From: Akkermansiaceae bacterium | GTDB lineage: Bacteria > Verrucomicrobiota > Verrucomicrobiia > Verrucomicrobiales > Akkermansiaceae | Assembly (NCBI GenBank): GCA_051251915.1 | Contig: JBPOGF010000014.1 | Span: forward strand, 32,001 to 96,000 | DNA length: 64,000 bases | Direction of reading: 5' to 3' | Shown here: positions 47,054-57,118 of the stretch, piece by piece | How positions within the stretch are numbered: the first letter of the stretch is position 1 | Layout of the letters: each line of letters opens with the position of its first letter | The notes under the pieces: model-generated | The model's input: the letters and a program-made list of their open reading frames with translations, nothing else | Databases searched by the model: none | Told to the model about the DNA's origin: nothing | Made by a program: the position numbers and the translations under genes

Positions 47054-48613
47054 ATGCTAATCATAAGAAATATCCGAATTATCATCGCGTTCCTTACGTT
47101 ACTAGTTTGCGCTCAAATAACGACTGCGCAGGCTAAGCCCAATATAATTTTCATTTTTTCCGATGACCACCGCTATGACCTACTAGGCTCTGTGAATCAG
47201 CATGTCACCACACCCTATCTAGACAAGCTAGCGGAGACTGCTGTTCGCTTTGAGCATGCCTACGTTACTACGGCCATCTGCTCACCTTCGCGTGCCGCCA
47301 GTCTTTCTGGTCGGTATGGTTCACGTAACGGCGTTTCGACGCTCGGAGGGCGACTGAATTTTCCTAAAGCCACTTTCGTCAACGAGCTAGCAACTGCTGG
47401 TTACAGGACTATCCATGTAGGGAAATGGCATCTTGGGACTAGCCCTGCCTCAGCGGGTTTCCAGCAATTCGCTAGTATTTATGGCAATGGCGATTGGTTC
47501 AGGCGTAGTATAAAATCCAATATCCCAGGTATGGCTAAACATCTTAACGGCAGATTTTACGAAACAGTCATGGCTGATGTTGTGATCAATCAGATTACTG
47601 ACCATACCACCAAACACCCTGACCAACCTTTCTTCCTTTGGTGGTGTAATCAAGTCCCACACGTAGATAACAAGCATAAATACCCAGACGTAAAAAAAGA
47701 TTCCGAGAATAAAATTAGGCACAAGCCTTTGGATGGAGTCGGAGGATATCATGCAGATTATAATGTAGCAGAAATGGCCATCCCAGCCAGCTGGTCAGAC
47801 GACCTCAAGACCAAGCCATCTTACCTAAGATCTTCTCGTTTTATTACTAAATCATTCATCTCGAACTACGGTGGCATCGGTGGCTATAGCAATCCAGCCA
47901 AGGGGGTTCGTAATTCTACACTCGGGCAAGACAATGTGCAGCAGCACCAACTCGAATACAATGCAGCCATCACCGCCCTAGATGCTGAGATAGGTCGTGT
48001 CCTGGCCTGTTTAGATGACCCAAATGACGACGGTAACACCAACGACTCGATTATTGACAACACTTGGATCATCTTCATGGGCGACAACGGCTGGCAAACA
48101 GGAAGCCATAAATTCACCTCCAAGGTTCTCCCATACGAAGAGTCGATCCGTGTACCTCTCCTCATTAAAGCTCCTGGTGTCAACCCACGAGTGGAAAGTA
48201 AATTAGCTCTCAATATCGACCTCCCTGCTACATTCTTCCAGGTCGCTGGTCTACCTATCCCTTCCCACTTGCATGGTCGCAGTCTCAAGCCGCTGCTAGA
48301 AAATACAGGCATCGCGTGGCGCGAAAGCGTCTATATTGAGTCTATAAAAGCAGAGGCCAGTCTAGGAGCTAAACCACATGACGCCATCAGAACAGCTCAC
48401 TACAAATACATTCGTAACTATAACACCGAATCCGATGCATTAGCAAATACGGGTATCAACTTCGAAGAACTTTACGACCTTACCAAAGACCCCATCGAAA
48501 TGATCAATCTCGCGAAAAATCCTTCCTACAACGGCATCAAAGCGAAACTTACCAAGCGACTCGAAGCCCTGAAAGCTGACATTTCAAGTTCACTAGATCC
48601 GAAAACACCATGA
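47054..48613 (+). CDS. Exported Cys-type sulfatase (S1)
   Basis: KPNIIFIFSDD, CSPSRAASLSG, GKWHLG, GDNG, YEESIRVP. Confidence 0.93.
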   Translation: MLIIRNIRIIIAFLTLLVCAQITTAQAKPNIIFIFSDDHRYDLLGSVNQHVTTPYLDKLAETAVRFEHAYVTTAICSPSRAASLSGRYGSRNGVSTLGGRLNFPKATFVNELATAGYRTIHVGKWHLGTSPASAGFQQFASIYGNGDWFRRSIKSNIPGMAKHLNGRFYETVMADVVINQITDHTTKHPDQPFFLWWCNQVPHVDNKHKYPDVKKDSENKIRHKPLDGVGGYHADYNVAEMAIPASWSDDLKTKPSYLRSSRFITKSFISNYGGIGGYSNPAKGVRNSTLGQDNVQQHQLEYNAAITALDAEIGRVLACLDDPNDDGNTNDSIIDNTWIIFMGDNGWQTGSHKFTSKVLPYEESIRVPLLIKAPGVNPRVESKLALNIDLPATFFQVAGLPIPSHLHGRSLKPLLENTGIAWRESVYIESIKAEASLGAKPHDAIRTAHYKYIRNYNTESDALANTGINFEELYDLTKDPIEMINLAKNPSYNGIKAKLTKRLEALKADISSSLDPKTP

Positions 48614-48618
48614 AAAAT

Positions 48619-48645
48619 GTGTCATCTGTTAAATACAGAACAATA
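48619..48645 (+). promoter_or_regulatory. Candidate ECF-sigma promoter GTGTCA-N14-AACAATA
   Basis: Second copy, 33 nt upstream of the 833-aa gene. Confidence 0.6.
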
Positions 48646-48678
48646 TTAGGTAATTACTTATTCAAACAATAATCTAAA

Positions 48679-51180
48679 ATGAACAAATCAAAACTTATCA
48701 CTCTAGCGTTAGCTTTTGCACTACCTGGCCATGCTGACGAGCACGTGAATATTTCTGGTGTGTATCCACACCTTGCGATGACGAACAATGAACGCTCGGA
48801 AGTCGGTATCGGAGCTATCGTTCCGTGGGCGGATCGACTCTGGGCTATTACTTACACTGGACATCAACCCAGAGGATCTACGGATAAACTCTACGAAATC
48901 ACTCCTTCACTAGACCTCATTACGCGCAAAGAAAGCATCGGAGGTACACCTGCAAACCGCTTTATTCACAAGGCGTCTCAGCAGCTCAACATCGGACCCT
49001 ATTTTATTGATGCCGAGCGCAATGTTCGCGTCCTTCCATACTCAAAGGCACCTGGTCGCCCTACTGGAACGGCTGCTCACCTCACAGATCCAGAAAACCG
49101 ACTCTACATCATGACGATGGAAAATGCGGTTTATGATGTCAACGTTCACGACCTTTCCTTCATCACCCGCTATCCCGATGTGCAGCAAAAAGGAGATCGC
49201 TTTCTCCACGGTTACCACGGTAAAGGTTTCTATTCTGGACAGGGGAAAGTAGTAGCGGCCAATAATGGCAGGCCTAAGAATCAGGGATATCCGACTGGAG
49301 AAATTGGAGTGCTGGCTACATGGGATGGCACCACCGTGGCTGATAATGGCGGTAGTTATTTCAAAGCCAACGATGCCAACAAAGGAGAAGGTGACGGTAC
49401 GGGTGCTCCAGTGGCACCAAAGCCGGAGTATATGGCCGGCTGGAAGCAGCACTACAAAGTTCAGCACTGCGAAGTCACTGGGCCTGGGGGCATTTATGGA
49501 GCAGAAAATCCAGCTACTGACCCGATCTGGGCGTCTGGATTCGATGACAAATCGGTTGTTGTTCGGGTCATGGAAGATGGAAAAACTTGGAACACTTGGC
49601 GTCTGCCAAAAGGTTCCTACACTCACGATGGTTCACACGGTTGGCACACCGAGTGGCCTAGGATCCGCCAGCTTGATCCAGCTGATCCTAAATCACCTTA
49701 CTTGATGCACATGCATGGAATTTTCTATGATTTTCCAAAGACATTTTCAGCTGCGAATTTCTCAGGACTAAGCCCGATCTGCACGTACTATAAGATGCCG
49801 ACTGACTATTGCATGTTCAACGGCAAGCTAGTCATGGGCAAAGATGACGCTTCATTTTTTCAAAACCCGCTTACGCTTCGCACCCAATCCAATCTCTGGT
49901 TTGGACAGCTCGAAGACTTCAAGGACTGGGGGGCTCCTACTGGCCACGGTGCGGTGTGGAAAAATGAAACTGTGAATAGTGGTGAGGTCTCAGAGCCATT
50001 CCTGATCAATGGATTTGCTCAAGGCACACTGCACCTTCGCAACAACAGCGACACCTCCACTCCGATCCAGATCCAGACTGGTAATGGAGACGGAAAATGG
50101 ACTATTCAACGCACAGTTAAGGTTCCTGCGAATGGCTACCTTGCAGAGAACATTAATGATTTGACTCAAGAATGGGTGCGTCTAACAGCGGATGCTACTT
50201 CTAAGGATCTCACGGCATTCTTCATCCTTACTAATCCCTATCCGCACACCGCAGAGACTGATGAGTATGCTGCATTAGCAGACATTTCTGATCAAAAGGA
50301 TTACAGCGATGGTCTACTACGCGTCATGGCTAGCTCTAAATTAGAATTGGAATTGGCCAGTTCAGCGAGCTCTGGTTACCACATTATTGGTGGTGATCTC
50401 AATCTCAACGTCACGGATAATCCAAAAGCCGAGGAAAAACTGCGTAAGGCGGCTGCAACTACCAAGCCATTCCACGCCGACGCAGCTTCAGTCTGGGTAG
50501 TATCTGGGAAGAAGAAATTACGTTTACCACGACTTGACCCAGCGTATGATGAGCCATTCGCTTCTGGTTGGCCGCGTGGTTTCCGCGAGATTGTGACCGA
50601 GCGTAGTTTGCTAAATTGTCATGGCTCTTTCTACGAAATCCCTCGTACTAACTCCGGTGGTCGCTACCGGATGCGCCCTATCAGTACCCATGGAAAACGC
50701 ATCACAGACTTTGCTGCATGGCGTGGACTGCTCGTCTTCACAGGAGTGCTGGATGATGCTCCATCATCCACTCGTCTGGTGCGCAATGCCGAAGGGGCAG
50801 CTCTCTGGCTGGGTGAAACCGATGATATTTGGCAAATGGGAGAACCTCGTGGTTACGGAGGTCCGTGGTTAGACACCGTGGTCAAAGCCGATACAGCTTC
50901 TGACCCTTACCTGATGTATGGCTATGACAAGAAAGTGCTAGAAATTTCACATAAGTCGGAAAAAGACGTTAACTTCACTATTGAAGTCGACTTCCTAGCC
51001 GATGATAGCTGGTCCACCTACGAAACATTTACTGTTCCCGCAGGTGAAACCTTCAAGCACACCTTCCCTGAGGGATACCGTGCTCATTGGGTGCGTGTGA
51101 AGGCTGATACAGGAACGACAGCGAGTGTGCAGTTTACTTATGGTAATTTAACTAAAGGCGATACGGCTGTTGACGAATAA
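48679..51180 (+). CDS. Large exported protein of unknown function
   Basis: Signal peptide; ISGVYPHLAM...GAIVPWADRLW, GYHGKG, RLPKGS...HGWHTEWPRIR. No family assigned. Confidence 0.85.
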   Translation: MNKSKLITLALAFALPGHADEHVNISGVYPHLAMTNNERSEVGIGAIVPWADRLWAITYTGHQPRGSTDKLYEITPSLDLITRKESIGGTPANRFIHKASQQLNIGPYFIDAERNVRVLPYSKAPGRPTGTAAHLTDPENRLYIMTMENAVYDVNVHDLSFITRYPDVQQKGDRFLHGYHGKGFYSGQGKVVAANNGRPKNQGYPTGEIGVLATWDGTTVADNGGSYFKANDANKGEGDGTGAPVAPKPEYMAGWKQHYKVQHCEVTGPGGIYGAENPATDPIWASGFDDKSVVVRVMEDGKTWNTWRLPKGSYTHDGSHGWHTEWPRIRQLDPADPKSPYLMHMHGIFYDFPKTFSAANFSGLSPICTYYKMPTDYCMFNGKLVMGKDDASFFQNPLTLRTQSNLWFGQLEDFKDWGAPTGHGAVWKNETVNSGEVSEPFLINGFAQGTLHLRNNSDTSTPIQIQTGNGDGKWTIQRTVKVPANGYLAENINDLTQEWVRLTADATSKDLTAFFILTNPYPHTAETDEYAALADISDQKDYSDGLLRVMASSKLELELASSASSGYHIIGGDLNLNVTDNPKAEEKLRKAAATTKPFHADAASVWVVSGKKKLRLPRLDPAYDEPFASGWPRGFREIVTERSLLNCHGSFYEIPRTNSGGRYRMRPISTHGKRITDFAAWRGLLVFTGVLDDAPSSTRLVRNAEGAALWLGETDDIWQMGEPRGYGGPWLDTVVKADTASDPYLMYGYDKKVLEISHKSEKDVNFTIEVDFLADDSWSTYETFTVPAGETFKHTFPEGYRAHWVRVKADTGTTASVQFTYGNLTKGDTAVDE

Positions 51181-51246
51181 AAGTGGTATCTTAGTGTGAA
51201 TATGACTCCTGACGACAACTTCTGAGCGAGAGACAAAAAATAATTA

Positions 51247-51819
51247 ATGCTAAGCATGAATACAGTCACGGACACAGACCTTTTGATTAAAGCTCAGGAG
51301 GGGAGTCTGGATGCCTTCACTGAGATGGTGAAACGCTACCAGAGTAATGTGCGTGCCTGTCTCGCAGTGAGGCTCACTGATAAACACGAAGCTGAGGATC
51401 TGGCTCAGGAAGCTTTTATTATCGCGTTTCGAAAGTTGAGTGAATTTGATGCTGATCGCGCCTTTGGACCATGGGTTAGGTCGATCGCGCTGAACCTGCT
51501 ACGTAACCACTGGCGGAAACACAAGGCAGCATGCATTGGAGGTGCTGCTGAGTTGGATGTCTTGGTCAACGAGCAGATTGCGCTAAACCATTCGATTGAT
51601 AATGAGAGTGATCGATTAGAAGCCTTGAAACGCTGTGTCACCAAGCTTGATGAACCGATGCGTAAGCTCCTAGAGCTGCGCTATTATAAGTGTCAAACGA
51701 TTGGGGAACTAAAGACAGAGTTGAATGTCAATCATTCCACGGTCACCATGCGCTTGTACCGTCTCCGAGAAATTCTCCATAAGTGTATTCTGCAACAAAC
51801 CGGAGGTGTAGAAGCATGA
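51247..51819 (+). CDS. ECF RNA polymerase sigma factor
   Basis: AEDLAQEAFI, FGPWVRSIALN, region 4 (TVTMRLYRLR). Confidence 0.93.
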   Translation: MLSMNTVTDTDLLIKAQEGSLDAFTEMVKRYQSNVRACLAVRLTDKHEAEDLAQEAFIIAFRKLSEFDADRAFGPWVRSIALNLLRNHWRKHKAACIGGAAELDVLVNEQIALNHSIDNESDRLEALKRCVTKLDEPMRKLLELRYYKCQTIGELKTELNVNHSTVTMRLYRLREILHKCILQQTGGVEA

Positions 51820-53405
51820 AGCAGGAACATCAAACACTTATTGCAGCCTATCTAGCTGGCGACCCTGTCTCTGATGATTTATTGGTAGCCTGCCGAGAAA
51901 ATCCTGAGGTGCTCAAGGCGTTGGCTGAATTGGAAGCCGTGGACCGCTTACTGTATCTTGAGGCAGGAGAAGACGATGAAGAGGTATTTGCTGACGAGGT
52001 GCGTCAACGCCTGGAGACCAGTGAGGATGAATCTTTTAGCCAAGCAGTGCGAAAGCGACTGGAACGTAAGAAGAGTAAACGTGTTTTATGGTTCGTTCCT
52101 TTAGCCGCGGCAGCTTGTCTAGCGCTTTCGTACTTAGGTTTTCAAAGCCTTAATACAGAATCTTACATTCATGTAGAACAGGCACTTGGAAAGGTGACTG
52201 ATACTAGAGATGCTGAGTGGTTAGATGCTGTTAGAATTTCTGGGGATGAGCTTAAAAAAGGCATCATAAGTTTGAGACACGGCTATTCAGAAATCACCTT
52301 GGAAAATGGGGTTATTTTAGTTCTGGAGGCACCTGTTGAGATTGAAATAGAGTCCATGGCACTAATCCGCTTAGTAAAGGGGAGACTGGTGGCTAAGGTG
52401 CCTGAAAATGCGATTGGATTTACTGTGATGACGCCGAGTTCGGAGATTGTTGATCTGGGCACAGAATTTGGAATGTCAGTCGATGATAAAGGAGCTTCCG
52501 AGGTGCACGTGCTGGAGGGGGAAGTAAAAGCGCGACCGCTTTACAGTAAGGATTTCACTCATCTTCTGCAGAACGAAGCGATGGCTTTCAAGGAAAAGAA
52601 TCTTGCATCAAGGATGAAAAGTCAGCCGGAAACATATTTGCGATCTCTACCTGGGCGTTCCTCAGATAATCCAGAATACCTACACTGGTCCTGTGATGAA
52701 GGTAGTGATGAATTGACATGTGATGGCGCCGGCATTGCTGGGCAGTTTTTCCCAGGGATACTTAAGTCTCTAGAGGGTGGGACTTTACCTGAGTATGCCA
52801 ATGGTCAGTTTGGAGAAGCTCTCTATTTCAACGGAGAGAGCTCCTACGTAGAGACAGAATTTTCTGGTATCGGTGGCACGGCACCTAGGACAGTGGCTTT
52901 CTGGGCCAAGGTGCCTAAGGATTTTAACACACGCAATGGGTACGGGATGTTGGGTTGGGGGCTCATCTCTGAAAAAGGCTCAGCGTGGCAAATCTCACCA
53001 AACCCCACTAAGAAAGAGGGTCCACTAGGGAGACTTCGCATGGGAACGTATGGGGCTCCAGTTATAGGGACTACGGATTTAAGAGATAATCGTTGGCATC
53101 ACATCGCGGTCGTGATGTATGGTGGTAAAACTGCGAATTCATCCACCCATATTTTGCTGTATGTCGATGGTAGGCTCGAAACGACTTCTGTGAAAGCGAT
53201 AGCGGCTATCGATACCAAATTAGCGCATCCCAAGTCTCGTTCGCTGATGATGGGACGCAATCTCTCTTTTGCTGAAGATGACCAAAAAATCAAAGATAGG
53301 TTCTTCAAAGGTTGGTTGGATGAGATTTTCGTCTTTGACACAGCTTTAGAGCTGGAGCAGATTCAGTGTTTAATGGAGTCTAATCAGTGGGTAGGTGGTA
53401 AATAG
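51816..53405 (+). CDS. Anti-sigma factor: FecR domain plus C-terminal LamG/concanavalin-like domain
   Basis: TM helix; GFTVMTP...DLGTEFG...VHVLEGEV; ALYFNG, RTVAFW, WHHIAV, LYVDG, GWLDE. ATGA overlap with the sigma gene. Confidence 0.9.
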   Translation: MKQEHQTLIAAYLAGDPVSDDLLVACRENPEVLKALAELEAVDRLLYLEAGEDDEEVFADEVRQRLETSEDESFSQAVRKRLERKKSKRVLWFVPLAAAACLALSYLGFQSLNTESYIHVEQALGKVTDTRDAEWLDAVRISGDELKKGIISLRHGYSEITLENGVILVLEAPVEIEIESMALIRLVKGRLVAKVPENAIGFTVMTPSSEIVDLGTEFGMSVDDKGASEVHVLEGEVKARPLYSKDFTHLLQNEAMAFKEKNLASRMKSQPETYLRSLPGRSSDNPEYLHWSCDEGSDELTCDGAGIAGQFFPGILKSLEGGTLPEYANGQFGEALYFNGESSYVETEFSGIGGTAPRTVAFWAKVPKDFNTRNGYGMLGWGLISEKGSAWQISPNPTKKEGPLGRLRMGTYGAPVIGTTDLRDNRWHHIAVVMYGGKTANSSTHILLYVDGRLETTSVKAIAAIDTKLAHPKSRSLMMGRNLSFAEDDQKIKDRFFKGWLDEIFVFDTALELEQIQCLMESNQWVGGK

Positions 53406-53560
53406 CATTTAATTCACGGAGATATGCTTATTGCTACATATGGTAATTATCATCTTGAAATGTTCGATATTGCGGACCTATCCAAGGAACAATTTTTATC
53501 TGAGAACTCAAAAGAGGCCTAAATAGTAAGCAACAACCTAAGTAATTTATCCAAAGATCT

Positions 53561-55131
53561 ATGAAGTTCATGAGTTTTTTAATACTACTAGCTACGCTTC
53601 CCGTATTCGCGGTGAAACCAAACATTATCGTCATTTTGACAGATGACATGGGTTACTCGGATATAGGCTGCTATGGTAGCGAGATCGAAACGCCGAATCT
53701 GGATGCACTTGCTACAAATGGATTGAGGTTTTCTCAGTTTTATAACACTAGCCGCTGTAGTCCTACGCGTTCTAGTCTTATCACTGGGCTGTATTCGCAT
53801 CAAGCGGGTATGGGTTTGCTGACGAAAGACGAAGGTCCACAGAATCCGGGCTACCGTGGTAGGTTGATGGAGCGCAGTGTTACGATAGCTGAGGTGCTCG
53901 GAAGTGTAGGTTATCGCTCTATTATCACGGGGAAATGGCATATGGGTGATGCGAAGAAGGAGTGGCTTCCGTTGGCTCGTGGGTTTGATCGTTTCTATGG
54001 CTGTCCGCAGGGTGGAGGTTTTTATTTTAAGCCATCGTCTTGGAAGGATCCGCGCAGTATCATGCGGGGGGATGAGGTGATTTATAATGAGCAGATAGAT
54101 CCACCAGAGGGTTGGTATGCAACAGACGCCTTTACTGATGAGGGGCTAAAATATGTGAAAGAGGCAGTCGAGGAGAAGAAGCCGTTTTTTGGTATCTCGC
54201 TTATAATGCACCACACTATCCATTGCAGGCAAAGGCCTCCGATATCGCGAAATATCGAGGCAGATACAAACAAGGCTGGGATGTAATTCGGCAGCAACGC
54301 TATGAGAAACTTGTGAAGTTAGGCTTAGTGGATACCAACTGGAAACTATCTCCAAGAGGTCCAGGGATCCCAGCTTGGTATACGCTCAGCGAGAAGCAAA
54401 AAGACGAACAAGATCTGCGTATGGCGACCTACGCTGCGATGATTGATTGTGTGGATCAAAATGTGGGAAAGATCATTAAGAGTTTGAAGGAGCAAGGAGT
54501 GTATGAGAATACGCTGATCCTCTTTCTCCACGATAATGGTGGTGACATCTCTGGCGGCGTCCTTGGCCAAAGCAAAGGCGAGACCGGCACCGCTGATTCT
54601 CTAGCTCACTACGGAACATGCTGGGCGAATGTTTCTGATGTGCCCTTTCAGAAATACAAGGGGATGGTGCACGAAGGGGGGATATCGACTCCGTTGATCG
54701 CTCATTGGCCGGAGGGGATTGATTCTTCGCTGAATGGTAAGGTAGCGAATGAGCCGGCACACCTGATAGATGTGATGGCTAGTTTTGTGGATATAACGGG
54801 TGCTATGTATCCTATGAATTTTAAGGGCTATGAGATTATTCCGATGGAGGGCGAGAGTCTTGTGCCTGTTTTCCGCGGCAAGACGTTACAGCGTGAAAAA
54901 GCTATTTTTTTTGAACATGGGGGGAACCGAGCGGTGCGGCATGGAAAATGGAAAATAGTGGCGAGCAAAGGGAACGCTTGGGAGCTTTACGATATGGATG
55001 CTGACAGGACCGAGTTGAATAATCTGGCTAAAGAGATGCCTGAAATGGTAAAGAAGTTGTCAGAGCAATACAGAGCGTGGGCAGACCGCGCTTTTGTGAA
55101 CCGAGCGATGAAAAAGAATCGTAAAAAGTAG
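53561..55131 (+). pseudogene. Arylsulfatase interrupted by a 1-nt frameshift in a T run (true lesion or sequencing error)
   Basis: The N-half (CSPTRSSLITG, GKWH) and C-half (DNG, HEGGISTP) are in different frames. T6 at 54185-54190; T7 restores KPFFWYLAYNAPHYP. Confidence 0.85.
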
Positions 55132-55164
55132 TTAGAAAACGATCAAGTAGGGAGTATAAAAATT

Positions 55165-56103
55165 ATGAACCATCAGAAAACTATCAAACGAATTGTGCTT
55201 ATTATAAGCGTTCTATGTGTCACGAATGCTGGTGCAAAGGAAAAGCCAACATGGGAGCAGGTGATGAAGGCTACGGAGAAGCGTGCGGATGTGTATAAGG
55301 CGAAGTATCCGAAAGTGCGGTCTGAGCGTATTGTTTTCAAGACGGTGAAGTTAGCTAATGGTAAGGTTTTGGACCTTGATCTGCATATTGAGAGACCTAT
55401 GGGTGATGGGCCTTTTCCTGTGGTGTTTTATGTTCATGGCGGAGGCTGGGGCGGGGGGAGTAAGTCTCAATTTACGCATCAGTCATTTGAGTTAGCTGAT
55501 CATGGCATAGCGGGTGTGCGGATGGAGTATAGGCTGAAGGGGCCTGGGGTGAAGTTTCCGGAGGCGATTAGTGATGTGATGGACTCGATTGATTTTATTC
55601 GGAAGAAAGCGGATGAGTTGGATTTAGATTTTACTAAGGTGGGGTTAGCTGGTGGATCTGCGGGTGGGCATCTTTCTGCGATAGCTGCTCAGCTTACGCC
55701 GGAGTGTGTTTGTTATGATGGGTTTAATGGTTTGTTTGATGTGGTTGATAGGGATGGTAGTAATTTCGGTGGTGGTGACTACACGGGGAAGACTAAGGAA
55801 GAAAAGAAGAAGGCATCAGCGTTTCATATGGTGAAGGCGACACCGCCAGATACTTTCCTTTATCATGGGACGAAGGATAATACGGTTAAGATTAAGCAGT
55901 CGCATCGTTTTGCGGAGGCGATCATAAAGAAAGGTGGTAACGCGGAAGTGCTTTCTTATGAGGGGGCGGGGCATTCTTTTTTCAATAAGGAGCCTTATCT
56001 TAATGCGACGACTCAGGCTATGTTGAGTCATGTGTCATTTGTTTTTGGGCTGACAGATGTGAAGCCAGTGTTGTCTGACTATAGTATTCCTGCTGCTAAG
56101 TAA
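55165..56103 (+). CDS. Exported alpha/beta hydrolase (carbohydrate esterase-like)
   Basis: HGGGW, GGSAGG, HGTKD, GAGHSF. Confidence 0.88.
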   Translation: MNHQKTIKRIVLIISVLCVTNAGAKEKPTWEQVMKATEKRADVYKAKYPKVRSERIVFKTVKLANGKVLDLDLHIERPMGDGPFPVVFYVHGGGWGGGSKSQFTHQSFELADHGIAGVRMEYRLKGPGVKFPEAISDVMDSIDFIRKKADELDLDFTKVGLAGGSAGGHLSAIAAQLTPECVCYDGFNGLFDVVDRDGSNFGGGDYTGKTKEEKKKASAFHMVKATPPDTFLYHGTKDNTVKIKQSHRFAEAIIKKGGNAEVLSYEGAGHSFFNKEPYLNATTQAMLSHVSFVFGLTDVKPVLSDYSIPAAK

Positions 56104-56148
56104 CGATGGGATTGATGGCTAGTGGATTGATTTTAGCGATCAGTTGTT

Positions 56149-56167
56149 ATTGAGAATCATTTTCACT
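56149..56167. promoter_or_regulatory. Fur-like box upstream of the iron-uptake operon
   Basis: ATTGAGAATCATTTTCACT. Shares TTATTGAGAATCATT with the box near 36985 and abuts a TGGACA-N17-TAGATG promoter-like sequence. Confidence 0.7.
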
Positions 56168-56278
56168 GGACAGTAATCCATAGCGGTGCTAGATGTGCAG
56201 AGGAGAGCGTGAGCTTATTGAACTGTTTGACGCTCTGCTACCCATAAATCACGATTAACGAAACAACTATCAAATCTT

Positions 56279-57118
56279 ATGCCAAAAACATTTTCTATCA
56301 GCCGTTTATTACCTTCATCAATGTTCGTAGCAGCTTCTCTGTTTGCTATGCAGCCATCAACTGTTCACGCACATGGTGATGTTGGCGAAGATATTAAAGA
56401 TCTTCAAGCGAACATAGGTATGTATGAAGCGGACCTTCGCGTGACGATTCAGAAGTATCAAGATTTAGTAACAACTTACTCTGAGAAGGGTGCTGATGCA
56501 GTGGATACAGCGGATCTTCTGAAGTTCTGGGAAGATGCTAAGATGCACTATCCTGTTGAGCTTAATTATGTGCCTATATATGCTAAGATCTGGCAGGGTA
56601 TTTATGGTATTAAAGAGGGGATTGAGAATAAGAAGCCTAAAGAAGAAGTGCAGGCAACGATGGTTCAGCTTCGTGAGGTGCTGTGGCAGGGGTTAGGTTC
56701 TGTGAAGCTTGCGGCGCAGATTCAAGCGAATGAGAAGCACACGGCTGTAGAAGGAGGAGCAGAGAAGGTGGAGGAGACACATGATGCGTCTAATCCTGTG
56801 GCAACACTTACTCTTATCATGGAGAAGTTAGACCGCATCATGGCGAAGTCTGCTGAGCGCGATTTTGAAGAATCTAAGAAAATGGTGCATGACACTTATC
56901 TGAACCTTTTTGAGGGTGTAGAGGGTGCATTGATCGCTAAGGATGCTAAGCTTGTAGCTGACTTGGAGAAAGATTTTAACGTTGTGTTACCTAAGTTGAT
57001 CGAAGCTGAGTCATCTCTGCAAGAGATCAAGGCGGCTACTGAAGCTGTGAAGGTGAAGATTGCTAAGGCGAGAGAGCTTTTGAAAAAGGACGCTAAGGAG
57101 GCCAAAGATGCATTTTAA
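56279..57118 (+). CDS. Exported helical protein, probably iron-capture related
   Basis: Signal peptide with HGD after the cleavage site; YLNLFEGVEGAL resembles the soluble domains of FTR1/PbrT-type proteins; first gene of the Fe operon. Confidence 0.55.
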   Translation: MPKTFSISRLLPSSMFVAASLFAMQPSTVHAHGDVGEDIKDLQANIGMYEADLRVTIQKYQDLVTTYSEKGADAVDTADLLKFWEDAKMHYPVELNYVPIYAKIWQGIYGIKEGIENKKPKEEVQATMVQLREVLWQGLGSVKLAAQIQANEKHTAVEGGAEKVEETHDASNPVATLTLIMEKLDRIMAKSAERDFEESKKMVHDTYLNLFEGVEGALIAKDAKLVADLEKDFNVVLPKLIEAESSLQEIKAATEAVKVKIAKARELLKKDAKEAKDAF

